Below are positions 29,709 to 38,409 of a DNA stretch of 64,000 nucleotides, piece after piece. The number at the start of each line of letters is the position of its first letter. Positions within the stretch are counted from its first letter, which is position 1. The notes under the pieces were generated by a model that was given only the letters and a program-made list of their open reading frames with translations, searched no databases and was not told the DNA's origin. The translations under genes and the position numbers were made by a program. Source of the DNA: Candidatus Poribacteria bacterium (lineage in GTDB: Bacteria; Poribacteria; WGA-4E; WGA-3G); assembly GCA_965215265.1 (NCBI GenBank), contig OZ244048.1, forward strand, positions 3,232,001 to 3,296,000, given 5' to 3'.

Positions 29709-31703
29709 ATGGTGGAAAATCGGAAGGTACAGACATTTACACAAGGTTCTGACATTACTACGGATGTTATCACGTGGGCTTTACCAGAGGGCGCGATTGC
29801 CCGCTTGGCACGAGGCAGGGCTCAAGACGTGGCCTTCTCTCCGAAAAGGAACACGCTTGCCGTCGGCAGTCGTGTTGGAGTCTGGCTATACGATATGTCC
29901 ACCATTTCCCCTATTGCTTTGTGGGATACAGAACGCGGCGTTGTTTTTGCTGTCGCATTTTCACCGGACGGGAACTTGCTTGCTACCGGCAATTGGGACG
30001 GAGATGTCAAAGTGTGGGACGTACAGAGCAAACGGTGCATCTCAAAAATGAGGCGAGAGGGGCATTTTGATGCTGCTTCCCAACTCGCATTTTCGCCGGA
30101 TGGACAACGTCTTGCCTCTTCTGGTGGACGCTACGATGCGGTTTATGTTTGGTGTCCGGAAACTGGCGAACAGGTTGCGAAATTCACCGTTGAAAATGCT
30201 CCCAAAGGGAGTGCACGCCCCACCATCATCCCGCTTACCTTTTCACCAGACGGAAAACAGGTCGCCGCCGCGACACCCGAAAACACTTTTTCTATCTGGG
30301 ATATTGAGACAGGCGAACGCTTCGCTTGTTTCAGTGGACAGACTGAAATGGTAGTTGCCATCACTTTCTCACCGTGTGGTAGGTTTATTGCCTCTGGAGA
30401 TAGAAAGGGGACACTACGACAATGGGATGTCAGAGCTGCACATCTGATTGGAACCCCTGTTCAATATTCAAAGAACGCAGTGATGCCTAGCTATGCTGTG
30501 GCAGGTGTCTTACGAGCTGCAGCGGTTTATCAAACGACTATCGCCGTGTGGGATGTGGAACGCGATGAGAAGCTGGAGACGTTTGAACATCGTGGGAAGA
30601 TTGACGCGATGCGCTTTTCAAATGGCACAGATCTGGCGGTCACAAGCTACTCTGATTTCAAAGTGTGGACTGCGGATACCGCTCATCAGGTTTCTTCTAT
30701 TCCTGGGCACACTCACGTCCCCTATTCTCTGACGTTATCACCTGATGGGAAGACGCTGGCAAGTGTCGGCTTCGGACTTGCCACTTGTTGGGATGTAGCG
30801 ACGAAACAACCTCGGCGTATCTGCTGTGCCCAAACACACGTCCGTTCGCTCTCTTTTTCCCCGGATGGCAGCAGACAAGCATTGGGCACCCAGGGACAAT
30901 CGGGAAGCACGCTTAGTGTGTGGAATGTTGAAACCAACGAAACCTTCGCCACTTTTACTGCCCATGAGAAAGTTCCAACTGAAGCGGCATTTGCCCCTAT
31001 AGGTGGGCTTTGGGCAAGTGGAGATGTAGAAGGGACAGTGTATGTGTGGGATGGTTCTGGGAAACAGACGGCCTGCCGAGGGCATACCGAGTCTATTAAG
31101 GCCCTGGCGTTCTCTCCGGATGAGAAGCACCTTGCGAGTGCGTCAAGAGATAAAACGGCGCGGGTGTGGGATGTTGCGTCAGGTGAACAGATTATCTCCC
31201 TGCCTTTATCACTACCGGTGCATATCTGTTTACCTGCTTCAAGAGCGCGGTTAGCCCCGGAGGTCTATAAAGGCGATTTTGATAGGATCGAATCTGTATT
31301 GAACGGAGAAAAACCCCGGTCGCACAACCCGGCAATCATGGCGATTACATTTTCCGCGTGTGGGAATCTCATCGCCGGGGGTTTTGAGGGTGGTATTCGG
31401 ATATGGGATGCTCATTCCTATGAAACTTACATGCTCCTACTCTTACAGCGAGAATATAGACGGCAATATGCTTTAGCCTTTTCTCCGTGTAGTCGGTATC
31501 TGGTCTCAGGGGCGTGGTGGTGGTCGCCTCTGGAAAAAGTTCCTATCTATGTGTGGGATGTTGGCACGGGTGAGAATGTTGCGACGTTCTGGGGCCACTC
31601 GACGGATGTGCAAGATTTGGCGTTTTCGCCCGATGGCACGTTATTAGCGAGTGGGGGTTTTGATGGCACTATCCTGCTCTGGGATATGAAGCCTTATCTA
31701 TGA
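29709..31703 (+). CDS. WD40 repeat (double beta-propeller) protein
   Basis: Many 'AFSPDG..LASG..DGT..LWD' repeats; N-terminal 'WALPEGAIARL'; GGAGG at 29701. Confidence 0.93.
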   Translation: MVENRKVQTFTQGSDITTDVITWALPEGAIARLARGRAQDVAFSPKRNTLAVGSRVGVWLYDMSTISPIALWDTERGVVFAVAFSPDGNLLATGNWDGDVKVWDVQSKRCISKMRREGHFDAASQLAFSPDGQRLASSGGRYDAVYVWCPETGEQVAKFTVENAPKGSARPTIIPLTFSPDGKQVAAATPENTFSIWDIETGERFACFSGQTEMVVAITFSPCGRFIASGDRKGTLRQWDVRAAHLIGTPVQYSKNAVMPSYAVAGVLRAAAVYQTTIAVWDVERDEKLETFEHRGKIDAMRFSNGTDLAVTSYSDFKVWTADTAHQVSSIPGHTHVPYSLTLSPDGKTLASVGFGLATCWDVATKQPRRICCAQTHVRSLSFSPDGSRQALGTQGQSGSTLSVWNVETNETFATFTAHEKVPTEAAFAPIGGLWASGDVEGTVYVWDGSGKQTACRGHTESIKALAFSPDEKHLASASRDKTARVWDVASGEQIISLPLSLPVHICLPASRARLAPEVYKGDFDRIESVLNGEKPRSHNPAIMAITFSACGNLIAGGFEGGIRIWDAHSYETYMLLLLQREYRRQYALAFSPCSRYLVSGAWWWSPLEKVPIYVWDVGTGENVATFWGHSTDVQDLAFSPDGTLLASGGFDGTILLWDMKPYL

Positions 31704-31751
31704 ATTTCACCGGTAAAGTCAGGTTTATGTCATTCAAAAAGGGAGGGATTA

Positions 31752-32395
31752 GGTGAAACATCAAATACTCCAGATTCCGCCCTCGCTTTTTCAGCGTGTG
31801 GTGAGTGGCTTGCGGTTGGTAATACGGACGGTATTGTGAAAGTGTGGAACGTGAAGCGTGGCATCTGCGTCACTCAGACAGAACGTCTCCAGCGGGTAAG
31901 GCGAACCATCCAGTAACTTTGGTGTTGTGGTATGGTGCGATGGCATACTCGCAGTGGGTGGGTAAACGCCTGCCCACCGAGGCGGAGTGGGAAAAAGCGG
32001 TGCGGGGTGGGCAGGAAGGACTGAAGTACCCGTGGGGCGACACGATAACGCCTGATGACACGAACTATGATTTGAATGTAGGGGATACGATGCTAGTGGG
32101 GAGTTATGCGGCGAACGGATATGGGCTATATGACATGGCGGGCAACGTGTGGGAGTGGTGTCTGGACGAGTGGGAGCGGGATTTCTATTCTAAATCGCCG
32201 TCGAGTAATCCGTTGAGTGGTGTGTCTGGTAGTACGCTAGCGAATGTGTATGAGATTGCAAATCATTTTACAGAAGTTAAGTCCTCTCGCGTGTAGCGCG
32301 GCGGTAGCTGGTTCTCTGATAATCGCTACGGGCTTACTCCAACGTACGCGAGCGACTTCGGCGGGTTCCGGTGCACGAGGAGTGTAACGCCTTAA
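31752..32395 (+). pseudogene. Chimeric pseudogene: one WD40-repeat fragment joined out of frame to the C-terminal half of an FGE/sulfatase-modifying-factor (SUMF1) domain
   Basis: One frame gives '[25 protein letters not shown]'. Another gives '[22 protein letters not shown]', '[16 protein letters not shown]', then RV-[TAG]-RGGSW...GFRC, ending at TAA 32395. Confidence 0.8.
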
Positions 32396-32446
32396 ATCTT
32401 TACCCCTTTACCCCTTCCGAGCCGCTGTTGCGCGGTTTGTGAGCAG

Positions 32447-32507
32447 CCAAAGATAACGCCCGGGGTGTGATGGTGAGTAGGGCGTGTGCCGAATGCTATC
32501 ACACCTC
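32447..32507 (+). repeat. About 60-bp hairpin-forming direct repeat, copy 1 (upstream of the Rpn gene)
   Basis: ccaaagataa..ccggggtgtgatggtgagtagg..tgtgccgaatgcta..acac, shared with 33949-34008. Confidence 0.85.
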
Positions 32508-32649
32508 TTTCTCTTTCAGGCGATACCGATTTCTCTGCCTGATTTGTTTATCTCTGCTTGATAATGATTCCCTGATGTGTTATCATAAATAAAAAGTAGC
32601 CGTTTTGAGAAAAAAGCACTTGACAACTGATACGTTTTAGGAGTATAAT

Positions 32650-33750
32650 ATGCAGAAGGGGGACATCCACGACTTTTTGTCCGAGATGTCTATTTCGAAC
32701 TTTTCCGATCGGAGCATACGCCGCCTATTAGAAAACAAGGAAAACGTCCGGGGCTTGTTAGAAATCGTTGCGGCAGAACTCGCCGAACTGATTGACTTTG
32801 AGCACCTGGTTCTAATCAATAGGAGTCTGCTGCCCGCCACTCTCCGAGAACAAGAGGCAGACATTGTGTATCGGGTGCCCTTCAAAAGTGATACGGATGA
32901 GGGTAGTGAGGAGCTGCTCATCTATCTGCTGATTGAACACCAATCGACGGTAGATGCGACGATGGGGTTTCGTGTGCTTTTCTACATGATGCTGATTTGG
33001 GACGCAGAGCGGCGGCGGTGGGCGGCAGAGAAAGTGCCGAGAAGAGAGCGTGTATTGCCGCCGATTTTGCCCGTGGTGTTTTACACGGGGGAGCGGCGGT
33101 GGGAAAAGCCACTGACACTTGAGGCGCTGATGAATCTGCCCGCGGCGCTCTCTAGATTCGTTTCGAGATTTGACATCCTGTTTCTGAATCTGAAAGGCAC
33201 AGACAAGGCGACGCTGACAGAGGCGGCTCATCCGTTCGGGTGGCTGATGAGAGTGCTTCAACAAGGAGATTCAGACAAAGCGTCTATAAGGCGTGCCTTA
33301 GTGGAGACTTTGACGCAGTTGGCGACGCTTGATGCTGCGGATTCGGGGCAGCGTAGGGAAGCGATAATGTATCTGGTATCGCTGATTGTGCATCGGCGTT
33401 CAAAGGAAGAACAGGAAGAGTTGATAGAGTTGGTAGACCGGCATACGAGTGATATGGAGGTAGCACCGATGGCAGAGACAATGGCCGAATTCCTCTTCGA
33501 ACGAGGCATAGCACAAGGCATGGAAAAAGGGCGAGAAGAAGGGCGAGAAGAAGGGCGAGAACAGGGGGCGTGCCAGACGGCTATCAAAAATATAACCGCC
33601 GTCCTCAACGCGCGATTCCCTGACCGTGATATAGAGCCTGCCACGCAGAAACTCGAAACGCTTTCTAACCTAGAACACCTCGAGCAATTGCTGCTGACAG
33701 CCGTCAAAGCCGACAGTTTTGAAGCATTCCTACAAGCTTTAGAGTTATAG
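32650..33750 (+). CDS. Rpn/YhgA-like (recombination-promoting nuclease, PD-(D/E)xK 'transposase_31') protein
   Basis: 'EADIVY', 'LIEHQS', 'PVVFYTG...W', C-terminal 'G.EKGREEGREEG' repeats and helical tail. Confidence 0.9.
   Translation: MQKGDIHDFLSEMSISNFSDRSIRRLLENKENVRGLLEIVAAELAELIDFEHLVLINRSLLPATLREQEADIVYRVPFKSDTDEGSEELLIYLLIEHQSTVDATMGFRVLFYMMLIWDAERRRWAAEKVPRRERVLPPILPVVFYTGERRWEKPLTLEALMNLPAALSRFVSRFDILFLNLKGTDKATLTEAAHPFGWLMRVLQQGDSDKASIRRALVETLTQLATLDAADSGQRREAIMYLVSLIVHRRSKEEQEELIELVDRHTSDMEVAPMAETMAEFLFERGIAQGMEKGREEGREEGREQGACQTAIKNITAVLNARFPDRDIEPATQKLETLSNLEHLEQLLLTAVKADSFEAFLQALEL
33469..33750 (+). CDS. Putative intragenic small Rpn-S protein (antitoxin), in frame within the Rpn gene
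   Basis: GGAGG at 33456-33460, 8 nt upstream of the in-frame ATG 33469, just before the GxxEG repeats; 93 aa. Confidence 0.6.
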   Translation: MAETMAEFLFERGIAQGMEKGREEGREEGREQGACQTAIKNITAVLNARFPDRDIEPATQKLETLSNLEHLEQLLLTAVKADSFEAFLQALEL

Positions 33751-33836
33751 GACGGCATGCCTGGAACACCATGGCCGGCACCGGGCTGCTCTTGTCGGGG
33801 TGTCAGGTAGGAACCCTACCATTATTATACCCCCTC

Positions 33837-33930
33837 ACAAGCGGAGCATGGAAGGTTGCGTACAGTTTTGAAGCGTTCCTACAAGCCTTGCACACTTAGA
33901 CTGACAAGCGGAGCATGGAAGGTTGCGTAC
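33837..33930 (+). repeat. 27-bp direct repeat enclosing a copy of the Rpn 3' end
   Basis: acaagcggagcatggaaggttgcgtac at 33837 and 33904; the intervening 'agttttgaagcgttcctacaagc' matches 33715-33737. Confidence 0.85.
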
Positions 33931-33948
33931 TATACCGTGTGAGATGAA

Positions 33949-34008
33949 CCAAAGATAAACCCGGGGTGTGATGGTGAGTAGGCAATGTGCCGAATGCTAC
34001 TACACTTC
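33949..34008 (+). repeat. About 60-bp hairpin-forming direct repeat, copy 2 (downstream of the Rpn gene)
   Basis: Near-identical to 32447-32507. Confidence 0.85.
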
Positions 34009-34079
34009 TCTCGATCGTGATTCTCTGATTCCGACCTGCCCGTGCTAAATGCCCAAGGAATTCCATGCCGCCGCCATTC

Positions 34080-34108
34080 TTGACTTAAAATTGCGAAGTC
34101 GCTATAAT
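34080..34108 (+). promoter_or_regulatory. Putative sigma70 promoter
   Basis: TTGACT-17 nt-TATAAT upstream of the PhyH gene. Confidence 0.6.
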
Positions 34109-34146
34109 TCTCAAAAATCGGGCCAGATTAGGAAGGACAACCTATT

Positions 34147-34971
34147 ATGAAGTATTTGACGGATCTCCAGCGAAAGCAGTGGCAGGAAGAAGGTTTTCTA
34201 CTCATCAAGCAGGTGCTCTCACCTGCTGAAATTAAGGGACTTTTAACAGTTGTGGATGCAGTCATTGAAGCTTACTGCCAGCGGACATCAAGTTTACAAG
34301 GCACACGCTTTGGGAAAGGAGCCTATACGATTATCCGCGCGATTGAGCAGACAGCGGCGCTTGATGCGCTCACCGACCATCCCCGGACGTTCGGAACTAT
34401 CCTTTCGCTAATGGGTCCCTATCTTCAAATCATGGGCACGCAAATCTATGTGCGGCACCCTGATGAGGCAGCATTGATGGCCTTTCATACTGATGCAGGT
34501 CCTTCACTCCAGCACATCCACCCACACGCGGATAGTCTCCCACTGCAATTCAAAGTCCAATTCTTCTTGACAGAGCTTTCGCAACCTAACCAAGGCAACT
34601 TCATGTGTGTGCCGGGCAGTCATAAGCGGCCTTTTAAAGGGAATTTTGAGAAAGGCACCTACCCAGACGGTGCGATGCAACTGCTCGCAGAGGCGGGCGA
34701 CGCGGTTATCTTCCCTTGGGCTTTATGGCACGGGGTTGGCCCAAACCGGACAGGGCGCATCCGCAAAAGTGTGACGTTCCGATACGGGCAAATGTGGTGC
34801 CGCCCTTATGACTATGAGAGCCTACCGGTGGAGGTTCTGGACCGGATGACACCGCGCCGCCGCCGACTTTTTGGCGATATGGGAGAAAACCACCACCCCA
34901 CTGACTATTACAAGCCTCACGATCAGCTCGAAATTATCTGTGGCGATGAGTGGCACGTCTGGCAAGAGTAA
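34147..34971 (+). CDS. Phytanoyl-CoA dioxygenase (PhyH) family Fe(II)/2-oxoglutarate oxygenase
   Basis: 'EEGFLLIKQVLS', HxD 'FHTD', 'VPGSH', 'AGDAVIF...LWHG..PN...RKS'. Confidence 0.92.
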   Translation: MKYLTDLQRKQWQEEGFLLIKQVLSPAEIKGLLTVVDAVIEAYCQRTSSLQGTRFGKGAYTIIRAIEQTAALDALTDHPRTFGTILSLMGPYLQIMGTQIYVRHPDEAALMAFHTDAGPSLQHIHPHADSLPLQFKVQFFLTELSQPNQGNFMCVPGSHKRPFKGNFEKGTYPDGAMQLLAEAGDAVIFPWALWHGVGPNRTGRIRKSVTFRYGQMWCRPYDYESLPVEVLDRMTPRRRRLFGDMGENHHPTDYYKPHDQLEIICGDEWHVWQE

Positions 34972-34993
34972 CCCCCGGTCATATCGCACCTGG

Positions 34994-35920
34994 CTAATTC
35001 GCGTGCTGCTCCAATTTCTGAAATAGGTCCCGGAAGATTGCATCTCGATTGACCCCTGTTGCAACGCGGATGAGGTGACGGCTGTCATCAAAACTCCACG
35101 TCATCGCATCTGTTAAGATGGGACTGTGGACAACCGAGCTCGGCACCCAATCGCTATTGAGCAGGTACGCTGTTGCAGAGATGTCCCATATCACTTTTGA
35201 CCAGGCGAAGTGGTCTGTCTGGTAAGCTTTGAAAATTTCAACGAGGTAATCCCCTACTTTTCCTTGTCCTTGGACGTAACGCTCCATTTCAGCGACAGTT
35301 GTAAGCAGGTGTGAGACAACCCCACGCGCGGGGAGATGGACAAAAGGCACACCGCAATCGAGTACGAGTTGTGCACTGCGTACATCTTGTTGAAGGTTAA
35401 ATTCTCTGGTGTGTTGCCAGTACAACGGATTGCCCCCCAACCAGACGACAACTATCCGTTTAATAATTTCCGGTTCAAGTAAAATGGCAGATGCAACGTT
35501 GGTTATTGCCCCGATGGCGACGACGTAGAGGGGTTCGGTTGTACTTGCCATCGCCCGTTCAATCAGGTGTGTTGTTGCATCGCTAGAAACGGGCTTGGCT
35601 ATATTTGTCAGAAATGCGTTTGCCCCGCGATAGACGAACCGATCGGCGGAAATATCCAAGAAATCTAACAGTCTAAGGATTTCAGCATAACTTTTTTCCA
35701 TGCCGTCCTCGGGTCCGTCGGCCCGATTGTTGTTAAAAGGGGCAGCATATATTGCTTCTACGTTGAGTTGTTCGGGCGATAACATTGCGTGAACAACGGC
35801 AAACTGGTCATCGATTTCATTATAGGTGTCGGTGTCAAGCACCATCCGGACACGCCCCGTTGGCGGATGTAGCATCTCCAGACGTTTTGCCTCAGTCAGC
35901 GGTGGGAAATTCATTTTCAA
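34994..35920 (-). CDS. Inosine/uridine-preferring nucleoside hydrolase family protein
   Basis: 'LDTDTYNEIDD', 'IGAITNVA', 'WLGG..EFNL.QD', 'IWD'. Confidence 0.9.
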   Translation of the reverse strand: MKMNFPPLTEAKRLEMLHPPTGRVRMVLDTDTYNEIDDQFAVVHAMLSPEQLNVEAIYAAPFNNNRADGPEDGMEKSYAEILRLLDFLDISADRFVYRGANAFLTNIAKPVSSDATTHLIERAMASTTEPLYVVAIGAITNVASAILLEPEIIKRIVVVWLGGNPLYWQHTREFNLQQDVRSAQLVLDCGVPFVHLPARGVVSHLLTTVAEMERYVQGQGKVGDYLVEIFKAYQTDHFAWSKVIWDISATAYLLNSDWVPSSVVHSPILTDAMTWSFDDSRHLIRVATGVNRDAIFRDLFQKLEQHAN

Positions 35921-36220
35921 CCTTTCAAGTTTTTAGTATTCTACTTCTAAACTCTATGCTATAAAATGGATTTGTAATCTACGCCTAAAACAAGCCTCTA
36001 TCTTGAAGCTTACAGTGAGCAGTATATCACATTTTCATATTTTTTCCTATGATATGGCATTATTGATACCGTACCCAATAACAAGCTTATCCTCGCGCTT
36101 TTTCAGACCTCTACCGATAAATGATTCTGAGAAGTAGGACGTTATGTCTATAAAGATAGGCGACATAACGTTTAGCGAAGCTTTCACTTCACCCTATTAA
36201 AATTCAGATACGAGATTTTT

Positions 36221-36250
36221 TTGACATAAATCACGGTTTTAGTGTATAAT
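36221..36250 (+). promoter_or_regulatory. Putative sigma70 promoter
   Basis: TTGACA-18 nt-TATAAT upstream of the GT2 gene. Confidence 0.6.
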
Positions 36251-36290
36251 TTTAAGATAATATAACGTTACTAAGATATAACGAAAATAA

Positions 36291-36953
36291 ATGAACGTGT
36301 GCTTGCTTCTGCCGGCTTACAATGAATCTCGTGCTATCGGTGTGATAATTCAGGAAGCATCAGAGTTCGTCAGTGATATAATTGTTATTGACGACGGTTC
36401 CACGGATAACACAGCCGAGATTGCAGCAGCAAAGGGTGCGCTCTGTTTGTCTAACCCGACTAATCGTGGAAAAGGGGTTGCCCTGCGAAAAGGCTTTGGA
36501 TACGCGCTCAACAAGGGATACGAACTCGTTTTGACGATGGACAGCGATGGACAGCATGAACCGTCGGATATACCGCGATTTTTTGAGCATTTCAAGCGGA
36601 CACAGCCAGATATACTCATTGGTGCCCGTCTCAAAGCCCGCGAGACGATGCCTTTGCTAAGACGGCTCAATAACGGGGTGATTTCGTCTGTAGGTTCCAA
36701 GTTATGTGGGCAGCGCATCCCTGATTTCCAATCCGGATATCGCCTGATTCAGACAGCAGTCTTACGACAGATATCTCTAAAAACAGAGCGGTATGAGACT
36801 GAGGCGGAGCTGCTGATTAAAGCTGCGCGGCTCGGTTTTCGTATAGAAAGTCTGCCGATTTACGCCCGCTATGGGGATTACATCAGTTATATTAAACCGT
36901 TCCGGGAGATACGTCTTTTTACGAAGTTATTGTTGTCGCTACGGGACATCTAA
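36291..36953 (+). CDS. Glycosyltransferase family 2 (DPM1-like)
   Basis: 'PAYNE', 'IDDGSTD', 'NRGKG', 'DSDGQH', 'DFQSGYR'. Confidence 0.93.
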   Translation: MNVCLLLPAYNESRAIGVIIQEASEFVSDIIVIDDGSTDNTAEIAAAKGALCLSNPTNRGKGVALRKGFGYALNKGYELVLTMDSDGQHEPSDIPRFFEHFKRTQPDILIGARLKARETMPLLRRLNNGVISSVGSKLCGQRIPDFQSGYRLIQTAVLRQISLKTERYETEAELLIKAARLGFRIESLPIYARYGDYISYIKPFREIRLFTKLLLSLRDI

Positions 36954-37005
36954 TCTAAAAAAGGGCTTGCTGTGTCTAGAGTTGTCAAATCGTCTACGTG
37001 TGGGA

Positions 37006-37083
37006 GTGGCAGGATAGGTTTTCTTGTCTCTCCTGCAAGGAGAGAGGAGTTGGGCGGGTGGGAGCCACCTGCCACCCACTGGG
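37006..37083 (+). repeat. Palindromic REP/MITE-like element, copy A
   Basis: gtggcaggataggt..tgtctctcc-tgcaa-ggagaga..cctgccacccactggg; related copies at 39545, 41428 and 45306. Confidence 0.8.
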
Positions 37084-37176
37084 AGCCTCTTTATGCTATG
37101 CCCAAGGAATCTCCGACGAGATTTACACACGAGTGCTCACGACATAAGCGTTGACGGTACGGAGATATACGAAAAA

Positions 37177-38208
37177 ATGAATGCTATTCGGCACATTGTC
37201 AACGGTTTTCTGATAGGCCTAGCGAATATCATTCCCGGTATGAGCGGTGGAACCCTCGCGCTGGTTTTAGGAATTTATGAACGGCTTATCGCTGCATTAC
37301 GCAACATAGGTAAGCCATCAACTGTAAAAAAACTGCTTCGTGTTTTCACGTTGCGTAAGGAGTCAGTTAGGCAAGCGTTAGCAGAATTGCAGCATCGGGA
37401 TATTGGATTCCTTGCACTTTTAGGCGTGGGTGCCGTTGCCTCCGTATTGTTGACATCCAAACTCATCGTCTACGTGCTAAGTCACCATCATGATGCCACG
37501 TACGGCTTCTTTAGTGGCCTGATTCTGGCATCAATTTGGATACCTGCACGAATGCTTTCCCGGTTCGGCAGTAAGGAGTTACTCGTGCTGCTCGTCGCTG
37601 TGGCATTAATACTTAGCCTTTCTTTTACTACAGGAACAGCTGCTTTGGCAGAAGCAGAAGTTGCGAGTGATGGCTCTACGTCAGTTCCATCTCTCTTAGA
37701 GTTAGGAATATTTTTGGGCGGCGGTGCGCTTGCTATCTCCGCGATGATCTTGCCGGGCATCAGCGGTTCTTTTCTGATGTTGGCGTTTGGGCTCTACTTC
37801 CCGATGCTCGCCGCTATCCAGCATGTTTTGGACGGTGCAGCCCAAACCTTGACGACAGGACATTTAAACCCTGAGCTGTTAAGTAACGTTCTCCGATTGG
37901 TTTGCTTCGTGCTGGGATGTTTATTGGGGTTGGTGGCGTTTACACGTCTGCTGAATTATCTATTGGAAAGTTACCGTAATCTTACAATCGCTTTTCTAAT
38001 TGGCTTGATGGTGGGTTCACTCTACGGCCTGTGGCCATTCCGCGATTTTGAGATGGTTGCTGGCGAACGTATGGATACCACGCATCTTCTCCCGCAATTG
38101 GATACAAACTTCCTGATAACGCTAACAATGTTTCTAATTGGTGTCGGTGTTATTCTCGGTTTTATCTGCTTAGGAATGGGAAAGACGAACCTACGTAAAA
38201 ATCCGTAG
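37177..38208 (+). CDS. DUF368 family membrane protein (putative undecaprenyl-phosphate translocase)
   Basis: 'IIPGMSGGTLALVLGIYERL', 'AMILPGISGSFLML', 'GLMVGSL..LWPF'; ATG 37177. Confidence 0.92.
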   Translation: MNAIRHIVNGFLIGLANIIPGMSGGTLALVLGIYERLIAALRNIGKPSTVKKLLRVFTLRKESVRQALAELQHRDIGFLALLGVGAVASVLLTSKLIVYVLSHHHDATYGFFSGLILASIWIPARMLSRFGSKELLVLLVAVALILSLSFTTGTAALAEAEVASDGSTSVPSLLELGIFLGGGALAISAMILPGISGSFLMLAFGLYFPMLAAIQHVLDGAAQTLTTGHLNPELLSNVLRLVCFVLGCLLGLVAFTRLLNYLLESYRNLTIAFLIGLMVGSLYGLWPFRDFEMVAGERMDTTHLLPQLDTNFLITLTMFLIGVGVILGFICLGMGKTNLRKNP

Positions 38209-38409
38209 TTTTTTTCCGATTTTACGATGTCCCGTGATTGAGGAGCTTGCGAGATAAAGTGATTGAGGAATCATAGCCTAGTGAGGCTCTGACGAGATTT
38301 ACACACGCACTTCCAAAATCATAGACGTTGATGGTACGGAGATATACGAAAAAGCCAGAAAGGGAATGGCTGGCACCCATGCGACGATAAACAAGAAAAT
38401 TAGGTAGAC

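Noticed and set aside
32294-32296. In-frame TAG in the FGE fragment as possible pyrrolysine or read-through
   Set aside because: It replaces a hydrophobic residue in a gene that is also truncated and internally deleted, so nonsense decay is simpler; no pyl genes are seen.
36134-36171. GTAGG followed by a 10-bp inverted repeat (acgttatgtc/gacataacgt)
   Set aside because: REP-like or operator-like, but a single copy in the window, so it cannot be assigned.
37024-37176. 51-aa N-terminal extension of DUF368 in the ORF track
   Set aside because: It is translated repeat sequence; the family starts at ATG 37177, which has an RBS.
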